Below, in pieces: positions 9,145 through 15,896 of a stretch of DNA of 38,788 bases. Under the pieces are notes generated by a model that did no database searches, was not told where the DNA came from, and saw only the letters and a list, made by a program, of their open reading frames with translations. Each line of letters begins with the position of its first letter. Positions within the stretch are counted from its first letter, which is position 1. The DNA is from Alphaproteobacteria bacterium (GTDB lineage Bacteria > Pseudomonadota > Alphaproteobacteria > Rs-D84). The stretch lies in contig JAFOVN010000022.1 of the NCBI GenBank assembly GCA_017392345.1, forward strand, positions 1-38,788. Reading direction: 5' to 3'. The translations under genes were made by a program, and so were the position numbers.

Positions 9145-10161
9145 CTAACATTCCCCAACAAATTCATAAATTTGATTCCGCAATTCGAACCGTTCATTCG
9201 GCACATTATCAAACACGCCGTCATCCTTCAAATTTGCAAATGTTTCACGCGCAACTTTTAATTCATCATCCGACTTCAAATATTTTATTTTTCGAAAAGC
9301 CCAATTCACAAAATACCACATAAATTGTTCTTGCCATTTTTTCATCTGATAATCGGTTGCTGATTTTTTATAAACGCTGTATGCATAGGAAATCCCAGTA
9401 CAGAGCGATTGCATAATCCGCAATTGTTTTGCCGACAATACGATTCCACCAAAGTTTGGTATATAATAATAAAGTGGTAAATTTATAATCGACACACGTG
9501 GATTTTTTAACATAATCTCACTCCACCATGGAAAATCTTCAAACAAAATTCCCTTTATAAAAGGCGTATCCGCAATCAGTTCCCGCCGATACATATTTTT
9601 CCAAACCTGACAATGTTTAATTAGCCATTTGCGATTTTTATTAAATTTATTATGCACACGTTCAGTTGCATATTCGAACACATCATCCGTCACGCGCGAT
9701 TTTATTTTTGCAACATTATATTTTTTCCTAATCCCCAGTGGCCGAACATTATCAGTATTCAAACCCAACTTATGATACACCATCAATTGTGGTCGATAAA
9801 AACGGTCATATGTATACGCGACAATATCCGCCCTGTCCCGCCGCGCAATCGCATACGCAATTTCCATTGTTTGCGGATGAATAAAATCATCACTGTCCAA
9901 AAACATAATATATTCACCGGTTGCATACGGCATACCGGCATTACGCGCATCAGACAAACCGCCATTTTCTTTGTGCACGACAATAAAACGATTATCGCGT
10001 GCCGCGTATTCTTCGGCGATTTGCCCCGAATTATCCGGCGAACCATCATTAACACAAATTGCCTGAAAATCCGAAAACGTCTGATTTTGCACACTGTCCA
10101 AACACCGCCGCAGATATTTTTCAACATTATACATTGGAATAATTATTGATATTTTCGGCAT
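9145..10161 (-). CDS. Glycosyltransferase family 2 (paralog B)
   Basis: KISIIIPMYNVEKYLRRCLDSVQNQTF, VNDGSPDNSG, LDSDDFIHP. Its stop (TAG, 9145-9147) directly abuts the start of paralog A at 9144. Confidence 0.85.
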   Translation of the reverse strand: MPKISIIIPMYNVEKYLRRCLDSVQNQTFSDFQAICVNDGSPDNSGQIAEEYAARDNRFIVVHKENGGLSDARNAGMPYATGEYIMFLDSDDFIHPQTMEIAYAIARRDRADIVAYTYDRFYRPQLMVYHKLGLNTDNVRPLGIRKKYNVAKIKSRVTDDVFEYATERVHNKFNKNRKWLIKHCQVWKNMYRRELIADTPFIKGILFEDFPWWSEIMLKNPRVSIINLPLYYYIPNFGGIVLSAKQLRIMQSLCTGISYAYSVYKKSATDYQMKKWQEQFMWYFVNWAFRKIKYLKSDDELKVARETFANLKDDGVFDNVPNERFELRNQIYEFVGEC

Positions 10162-10170
10162 ATTTTATTC

Positions 10171-11070
10171 CTACATTTTATTTATTATTTCGTCCGCGAA
10201 CGACCCAGGCACCGGTTTATCCGACCCACGATAGGTCAGTTTCTGAAAAAATGCACCCGCCGTCACACGATTAAAAGTATCCGCATCAAACGGTTTGTCT
10301 TTATAATCCCACCACAGCATATGCGTTGGGTCTTGGTCAACATGCGGCATTTCGGCGAAATGCTTTTTTGCACGCGTATCGTTTTGCACCAATGTTTTGA
10401 ACAACAATTGATGCATAAAATAATCAAAGTTGTGATTTTCATGCATCCAATAATCCAAAATCATCGCCCGCCATGCGTCAAGCAAATACGCACCCTTGCG
10501 CGCACGAATAAAACAGTTTTGCATAAAACTATACGGACTGCCTACATGTTGCCCGGCCATATAAACAAAGAAATCTTCTTTGATAATCCAATCTGGAATT
10601 GGTGCGGTCACAAAGCCGGTTGAATCAAGCCAAAATCCACCATGTTCATACAAAAGTTCCACACGACAAATATCCGCGAAATGTGCACGCGCAATTTTAC
10701 CCGCACGATATTTTTCAACAATTTCCTGGGGCAAAGTAATATAATCAAAGACCGTATTTTCATCCAACACAACCAGTTCTTGTTCACAATGCCGTCGCAC
10801 ACTGCGAAAACATGCCTTTACCAAATCGGGCGCGTTTTCTTCGCCTTGCAACCAAAGCGTAAAGATTTTTTCATGTTCATCATCATGCACAACCGCACGT
10901 TCCGGAATCGCGGCGGCCGCCGGCAAATATCGTTTAAAATAATCCGGAATAATCCGCGAAATCACATCACTGCGCACCGCGCGCCGATGCGCACGTGACC
11001 ACCAAAGCGGGTTAAACACATGCCCCAACATTACAACACGCGTCATCGCCCACATCTTTGCTATATTCAT
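10171..11070 (-). CDS. Capsular-polysaccharide-synthesis (Caps_synth / Gly_transf_sug-like) glycosyltransferase
   Basis: IFTLWLQGEENAP..., FADICRVELLYEHGGFWLDSTGF. The start at 11070 (MNIAKMW) has a GGGGG SD. The longest ORF would start at 11121, 1 nt from the recA stop. Confidence 0.6.
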   Translation of the reverse strand: MNIAKMWAMTRVVMLGHVFNPLWWSRAHRRAVRSDVISRIIPDYFKRYLPAAAAIPERAVVHDDEHEKIFTLWLQGEENAPDLVKACFRSVRRHCEQELVVLDENTVFDYITLPQEIVEKYRAGKIARAHFADICRVELLYEHGGFWLDSTGFVTAPIPDWIIKEDFFVYMAGQHVGSPYSFMQNCFIRARKGAYLLDAWRAMILDYWMHENHNFDYFMHQLLFKTLVQNDTRAKKHFAEMPHVDQDPTHMLWWDYKDKPFDADTFNRVTAGAFFQKLTYRGSDKPVPGSFADEIINKM

Positions 11071-11122
11071 ACCCGCCCCCTTTTTGATTAAAGCATCGGG
11101 CGACAAACGCCGCCCGAACAAG

Positions 11123-12196
11123 TTATTCTTCCATCACACTTTCGTCCGCATCGTCCGACGGACCGGTCGTCATTTCTTCGGCAATACCACCCGCACGCGC
11201 CATAATTTTATCCAACAATTCTTGTTGCGCTTCTGGATGATCTTTTAGCCATTGGCGCGCATTCGCTTCGCCTTGGCCTATGCGTTCATTATTGTACGAA
11301 TAAAAACTGCCCGCCTTGTCGATAAAGTCATATTTCACACCCATATCCAAGATTTCACTTATCCGCGAAATTCCTTCGCCATACATAATCTTGAAATCAA
11401 CAGTGCGGAAAGGCGGCGCAACTTTATTTTTCACAACCTTGACCCGCGTTTCGTTTCCGATGACATTTTCCTTGTCTTTGATTGCGCCCGTGCGCCGAAT
11501 ATCAAGTCGCACCGAAGCATAGAATTTCAACGCATTACCACCACTGGTTGTTTCAGGGTTTCCGAACATCACGCCAATCTTCATACGAATCTGATTGATA
11601 AAGATAAGCAAAGTATTACTGCGTGACACCGACCCCGCAAGTTTTTTGAGTGATTGACTCATAAGCCGTGCGGTTGTTCCAACAAAACTGTCACCAATGT
11701 TGCCCTCTAATTCCGCCTTGGGCACCAGTGCCGCAACCGAATCGATAACCACAACATCAACCGCGCCGGATTTAATAAGTGTATCCGCAATTTCCAATGC
11801 CTGTTCCCCCGAATCAGGTTGCGATATAATCAGGTTTGCAACATCCACACCCAACTTTTTCGCATAACTTGGGTCCAACGCATTTTCCGCATCGATATAC
11901 GCACACGTGCCACCCTTCTTTTGCGCTTCGGCCACCGCGTGCAGTGCAAGCGTTGTTTTACCACTGCTTTCCGGGCCATAGATTTCAACGATACGTCCGC
12001 GCGGATAACCGCCAATCCCAAGTGCGATATCAAGCCCCAGTGAGCCCGAAGAAATCGCCTCTATATTCTGTTGCGAACCATCGCCCATTTTCATAATTGC
12101 TTCTTTGCCGAATTGCTTTTGAATTTGTGCAAGTGCCGATTCAAGTGCCGGATTTTTCGCGCCCGTCGTGGCCGCCGCCGTTTCTTTCTTTGCCAT
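11123..12196 (-). CDS. recA: Recombinase RecA
   Basis: MAKKETAA...[16 protein letters not shown], Walker [27 protein letters not shown], and the L2 region [28 protein letters not shown]. The ATG at 12196 has AAGGAAG upstream, and the tracked N-terminal extension to 12274 was discarded. Confidence 0.96.
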   Translation of the reverse strand: MAKKETAAATTGAKNPALESALAQIQKQFGKEAIMKMGDGSQQNIEAISSGSLGLDIALGIGGYPRGRIVEIYGPESSGKTTLALHAVAEAQKKGGTCAYIDAENALDPSYAKKLGVDVANLIISQPDSGEQALEIADTLIKSGAVDVVVIDSVAALVPKAELEGNIGDSFVGTTARLMSQSLKKLAGSVSRSNTLLIFINQIRMKIGVMFGNPETTSGGNALKFYASVRLDIRRTGAIKDKENVIGNETRVKVVKNKVAPPFRTVDFKIMYGEGISRISEILDMGVKYDFIDKAGSFYSYNNERIGQGEANARQWLKDHPEAQQELLDKIMARAGGIAEEMTTGPSDDADESVMEE

Positions 12197-12223
12197 AATA
12201 ACTTCCTTTGCTATACGCCCTGT

Positions 12224-12251
12224 ATGATACCGCAAAAAAAACACTATGCAA
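12224..12251 (-). promoter_or_regulatory. Candidate recA promoter
   Basis: On the minus strand: TTGCAT (12251-12246), 16-nt spacer, TATCAT (12229-12224), preceded by an A-rich tract. No SOS box was seen, either alpha-type GTTC-N7-GTTC or CTGT-N8-ACAG. Confidence 0.4.
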
Positions 12252-12267
12252 TTTATTTTTTTATTCC

Positions 12268-12542
12268 CCTTCACTGTGTGAAGGGGGGGACCGCGGCACC
12301 GCCGTGCGGTGACGTGGTGGGGTAGTTTCCTTCACTGTGTGAAGGGGGGGACCGCGGCACCGCCGTGCGGTGACGTGGTGGGGTAGTTTCCTTCACTGTG
12401 TGAAGGGGGGGACCGCCGAAAGGCGGTGGGGTAGTTTCCTTCGCTGTGTGAAGGGGGGGACCGCGGCACCGCCGTGCGGTGACGTGGTGGGGTAGTTTCC
12501 TTCACTGTGTGAAGGGGGGTGCCAACGGAACCGCCGGGGGGT
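12268..12542. repeat. Tandem array of about 4.7 copies of a 61-bp two-hairpin GC-rich unit
   Basis: Unit: CCTTCACTGTGTGAAGGGGGGGACCGCGGCACCGCCGTGCGGTGACGTGGTGGGGTAGTTT. Copies start at 12268, 12329, 12390, 12438 and 12499. Copies 1 and 2 are identical, copy 4 differs by one A>G, copy 3 is 48 bp with a replaced second hairpin, and copy 5 is degenerate. Confidence 0.95.
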
Positions 12543-12566
12543 ATATTTGTTCCGCACCAACACCAA

Positions 12567-12585
12567 GCCGGGGCAAAGCCCCGGC
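12567..12585 (-). terminator. GC hairpin 3' of the secreted-protein gene (REP module, possible terminator)
   Basis: GCCGGGGC-AAA-GCCCCGGC, a perfect 8-bp stem. On the minus strand it is followed by TTGGTGTT, which is only weakly U-rich. The same module recurs at 15155-15173 and 18868-18887. Confidence 0.45.
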
Positions 12586-12610
12586 GCACTTACACTAACA
12601 CTAATTTTCA

Positions 12611-13561
12611 TCAATCATCTGGAAAATCCCAAAGCCAACAATAATCCGGATCATTTTCATGCCCGGTTTCATACCCGGCACAGGTGCGTTTTTTCTGGCG
12701 GGTGTCAACGGCGGCAATGGTTGCGATATTTGCGCCGTTTTCCAATTCGCCGGTTGTCGCATTATGCGTTGGCGCGTTCGCGGTCGCAACCCCATTGCCC
12801 AGCGCGCCATTTGCGCCATAATTTGCAAGTGTGTTCGGCGTGCCGGTGGGCGCAGCATTTTGAATTTCATTATGCAACGCACTATACACATCTTTCAGCA
12901 GTTCCAATGACACCAACGCACCATTGATATAGTTTTGATTTGTTGTCGCGATACTACCGGTTGCACCAAAGTTTGATGTTTGATACTGCGCCAATGTTTT
13001 TGTCCCGTTGATATACAATATAACATTATCCGCGCCGGATTTTTTGGTAAGTGGTTGCGACCCACCCGCGGTGATATAACGACGTCCAACGCCCCCCCTG
13101 TATGTAGTCAAATCAATCGTTTCCCCACCCATGGATGCCATTTGGCTGATATCTGTTGTGCTTGTCCTTCTAACCGGCAGTGTGTCTTGTTTGTCGACTT
13201 TTAAGGACCACAAATTTTCTGCTACGGCACGGACAGTTGGAACAAAATTATCCATTTCGGAACCATAGCCACCTTCAGTACCATAATAATGCAAAATCCC
13301 CTCATCATCTAAAATTGTATCCTGATCCAAAATACCGATTTTATTGGCAACCAGGCCACTTGTAGAATCATATGTCGTAATCGCCGGCAACATAAGTTCA
13401 GGATTGCCATTAAACTCCACCAATCCTGTTTCGATAATATCCTGTTTCGTATCGACATAGGCCTTAGATGCCACGGTTTTCTTGTCCAATTCCGATGGTT
13501 CCGCAAATGACGGCATTGTAAACAATGTTGCAAATACAAATAACGCGATAAATTTTTTCAT
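12611..13561 (-). CDS. Secreted protein of unknown function (Sec signal peptide, C-terminal Cys pair)
   Basis: The ATG at 13561 has a GGGGGA SD. The signal peptide is MKKFIALFVFATLFTMPSFA/EP. The mature part is rich in Gly/Thr/Asn, contains ASKAYVDTKQD, and ends in CAGYETGHENDPDYCWLWDFPDD. I do not recognise a family. Confidence 0.7.
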   Translation of the reverse strand: MKKFIALFVFATLFTMPSFAEPSELDKKTVASKAYVDTKQDIIETGLVEFNGNPELMLPAITTYDSTSGLVANKIGILDQDTILDDEGILHYYGTEGGYGSEMDNFVPTVRAVAENLWSLKVDKQDTLPVRRTSTTDISQMASMGGETIDLTTYRGGVGRRYITAGGSQPLTKKSGADNVILYINGTKTLAQYQTSNFGATGSIATTNQNYINGALVSLELLKDVYSALHNEIQNAAPTGTPNTLANYGANGALGNGVATANAPTHNATTGELENGANIATIAAVDTRQKKRTCAGYETGHENDPDYCWLWDFPDD

Positions 13562-13672
13562 ATATTTTCCCCCTTTTTTATGTAACAAAAAACCACCGAA
13601 TTCACTTCAAGTGGTTGGAGGTTCAAGACTATGTTCCGAGAAAATAGTGGGTTTATTCTTTATATTCACCGC

Positions 13673-13704
13673 CCTCCAACCACCCTGGGTTGGAGGTGTT
13701 TTTT
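13673..13704 (+). terminator. Strong intrinsic-terminator-like hairpin on the + strand with no + strand gene upstream or downstream
   Basis: CCTCCAACC (13673-13681), loop ACCCTG, GGTTGGAGG (13688-13696), then TGTTTTTT. A competing 11-nt complement GTGGTTGGAGG lies at 13611-13621. Confidence 0.5.
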
Positions 13705-13820
13705 GTCCCCACGGACATCCGGAACTACGGGTCTTGACACCCCATCGATGGAACACCCACCGATACAAATATTTTATCAAAACATGGGTATAAAAAACAA
13801 GCGAAAAAAGTATTGGCAAC

Positions 13821-13845
13821 AAAAAACGGGCGCACCGCACCCGCC
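13821..13845 (-). terminator. Intrinsic terminator of the MFS transporter gene
   Basis: The minus strand reads GGCGGGTGCGGTGCGCCCGTTTTTT. This gives a 6-bp stem (with one G-U), a 5-nt loop and a T6 run, beginning about 22 nt after the stop. Confidence 0.55.
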
Positions 13846-13867
13846 ACTAACCAATGCTCACTAACAA

Positions 13868-15058
13868 TTACACTCTTTTTCTTGCGATCAATACTGCAAT
13901 CGAAATCACGCCTATTATGGCCGTCACCCACCATACCGCCGCGGTTGTTCCGAACGCCGCAATACATACAGCGCCAATACCGGGTGCAATAACACTTGGC
14001 AAATTGCAACTTGTGCGAAACACACCATAAAACTTTGTCTGTTGCGCCTGCTTTGTTCCATCAAAGAATAACAAATCATGCACTGGTTCCATCAGGGCAC
14101 CGGAAATCTGCCACAACACAAATATGGCAAGCAGTGGAAAACCGGTCGCAAATGTTGCCCATACCGAAAACGCCGCAAACGAACCGAAACCCAAAACCAA
14201 CCATATACTTTTTCCAAATTTTCGCACCAAATGCCCCATAATTTCGGATAAAATCAAATATGGCACAATACCGAAACTTAAAATCAACCCCAATGTATCC
14301 TTGGTAAATCCGGCCTCTATCACCACAATCGGCACATACAAAAGACGCATCGCCCGCAACGAATAATATCCAAAATTCACGATATACGCGCGCTTCATTC
14401 CCGGTGTTTTGAAAAAACTCATCGTGTTGCGCCAAAGTGCGCGCACCGTCCGTCGCGGACTTACCGGTTTTATAACTTTGTCTTCTTGGGTTAAATGAAA
14501 ATACCTAAAAAACACCCAGGCCCCCAAATAAATTGCCGATGACAAAAAGAACGCCGACCGATTACCGAATCGGGTTGCAACAATCACCGCCAACATCGGC
14601 GCGAACAGCGCACCAATATTCATCCACAAATGATACCGCGAATTTAGCCGCGCCATACCAACATCACGCGAAAAATCTGACATAAACAGTGGCACCAACA
14701 TCGCGGTAAGCGTGATTGCAAAGCCACTGGTGTAATCCAAAACAATAAACGTTCGGGGCAACACGGAAAAGCCCATCATCGCATAGCACACGACCAACAT
14801 CAACAGTGCAAAATAGAAAACCTTGGTCTTGGAAAATTGGCGAAAAATCTCATGCGCGAACAACGCGACAATCATACAGAACACCGAATAAATCGCGACA
14901 TAGACACCAACAACCGCGGAATTCATAAAAATTTCCAAGATAACAAGGGAATAAACGGCATTATAAATACCATCGGCAAATCCGGTAAAAATACCAAGAT
15001 TCGCGAACGAAAACCCACTAAGCGAACTTCGCATAGAGATATATTTATCTTTGGCCAT
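13868..15058 (-). CDS. Major-facilitator-type membrane transporter
   Basis: The protein is hydrophobic throughout, with a repeated helix-loop pattern typical of MFS permeases. The ATG at 15058 (MAKDKYIS) has a GGGGGGAAAG SD. The tracked extension to 15133 runs into repeat DNA and was discarded. Confidence 0.6.
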   Translation of the reverse strand: MAKDKYISMRSSLSGFSFANLGIFTGFADGIYNAVYSLVILEIFMNSAVVGVYVAIYSVFCMIVALFAHEIFRQFSKTKVFYFALLMLVVCYAMMGFSVLPRTFIVLDYTSGFAITLTAMLVPLFMSDFSRDVGMARLNSRYHLWMNIGALFAPMLAVIVATRFGNRSAFFLSSAIYLGAWVFFRYFHLTQEDKVIKPVSPRRTVRALWRNTMSFFKTPGMKRAYIVNFGYYSLRAMRLLYVPIVVIEAGFTKDTLGLILSFGIVPYLILSEIMGHLVRKFGKSIWLVLGFGSFAAFSVWATFATGFPLLAIFVLWQISGALMEPVHDLLFFDGTKQAQQTKFYGVFRTSCNLPSVIAPGIGAVCIAAFGTTAAVWWVTAIIGVISIAVLIARKRV

Positions 15059-15130
15059 TAAACTAACTTTCCCCCCTACCCTGATAAATATATCACAAAA
15101 ACGACCGAATCGCAAAAAATGGTTATCCGT

Positions 15131-15333
15131 CACCGCAAGCGGTGCCGAGACTGCGCTGTGGCTTTGCCCCAGCTTGGTGTTAGTGTAAGTCCGTCACGAC
15201 CGCGGCGCGGTCATGCCGCGACGGGTGGTTAGCAATCTCTAGAATAATTGCGTCATCCCGCACTTGATGCGGGATCTCGTGGTTTCATCCGTAACGGGGA
15301 GATCCCGCTTTACAGCGGGATGACACCACTCTG
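15131..15333. repeat. Mosaic cluster of palindromic REP-like modules
   Basis: Modules in order: CACCGC-AA-GCGGTG; GCTGTGGC-TTT-GCCCCAGC + TTGGTGTT (15155-15180); TTAGTGTAAGT + CCGTCACGACCGCGGCGCGGTCATGCCGCGACGGGTG (15180-15227); and two inverted GTCATCCCGC...GCGGGATCTC hairpins (15252-15278, 15299-15324). Confidence 0.85.
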
Positions 15334-15347
15334 GAACAATCGCCAAC

Positions 15348-15374
15348 AAAAAACGCACCGTTCGGTGCGTTTTT
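15348..15374 (-). terminator. secB intrinsic terminator (bidirectional in form)
   Basis: AAAAA-ACGCACC-GTTC-GGTGCGT-TTTT lies immediately 3' of the secB stop. On the minus strand the hairpin is followed by TTTTTTG. Confidence 0.75.
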
Positions 15375-15375
15375 C

Positions 15376-15816
15376 TTATTTTGCTTCGGCTTGCTTTTGA
15401 TTCCGCTTTTCATACAAATCTGCGAAATCAACCATCTGCATTGCAAACGGTGGGAATCCTGATTCGGCCGTAAGGCGGGTCACCAATGCACGCACCGCCG
15501 GGAACAGCAATGTCGGTACATCAATCAACAGTGTGCGTTTTTTCTTTTCTTCGTCTTTTTCTTCTTCCATCTGCACAAGGCCGGAATATGTCGCCTCTAT
15601 CAAAAATATAGACTTCGAATCGGCCTTTAATTTCGAATGAATTTTCGTAATCAAATCAACCATAAACAGATTTTTTTCCGAACCTTTGACCTGCATATCG
15701 ATATTGATTTCCAATTCCGCCTGGCCATTATCCTGCTTAAAGAATAAATCCGGGACATTTGGACTTTCAAAAGAAATGTCTTTCAAGAATTGAGATATAA
15801 TATTGAACTTAGCCAT
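15376..15816 (-). CDS. secB: Protein-export chaperone SecB
   Basis: MAKFNIISQFLKDISFESPNVPDLF..., LLFPAVRALVTRLTAESGFPPFAMQMVDF. The ATG at 15816 has a GGAG SD. Confidence 0.9.
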   Translation of the reverse strand: MAKFNIISQFLKDISFESPNVPDLFFKQDNGQAELEINIDMQVKGSEKNLFMVDLITKIHSKLKADSKSIFLIEATYSGLVQMEEEKDEEKKKRTLLIDVPTLLFPAVRALVTRLTAESGFPPFAMQMVDFADLYEKRNQKQAEAK

Positions 15817-15896
15817 GCGATTGCTCCTTTTTTTATGACTCGTTTTATGATAATATAGCATACAAGGGGAATTTTACAAGTGGGGGGATAAAAAAA

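Noticed and set aside
12197-12270. A search for an SOS (LexA) operator upstream of recA.
   Set aside because: Neither an alpha-type GTTC-N7-GTTC direct repeat nor a CTGT-N8-ACAG palindrome is present between the array and the start codon. The absence is noted, but a divergent operator cannot be excluded by eye.
12268-12542. A regularly spaced repeat array that could be mistaken for a CRISPR locus.
   Set aside because: The entire 61-bp period is repeated (copies 1 and 2 are identical), so there are no unique spacers. The unit is two hairpins plus G-runs, and no cas genes or leader are nearby. It is a tandem repeat, not a CRISPR array.
12332-12614. Tracked ORFs 12332..12589 and 12393..12614 (minus strand), which encode repetitive [25 protein letters not shown] peptides.
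   Set aside because: They are read-through translations of the tandem repeat. They have no SD and no plausible start context, and they exist in several frames. They were treated as non-coding.
13590-13860. A possible tRNA, tmRNA, SRP RNA or 6S RNA in the largest non-repeat intergenic gap. The trigger was GGTTCAAGAC, which resembles a T-arm.
   Set aside because: No cloverleaf can be drawn, since there is no acceptor stem or anticodon arm. There is no SRP domain IV motif and no tmRNA tag frame. Only the competing hairpins were retained as a finding.
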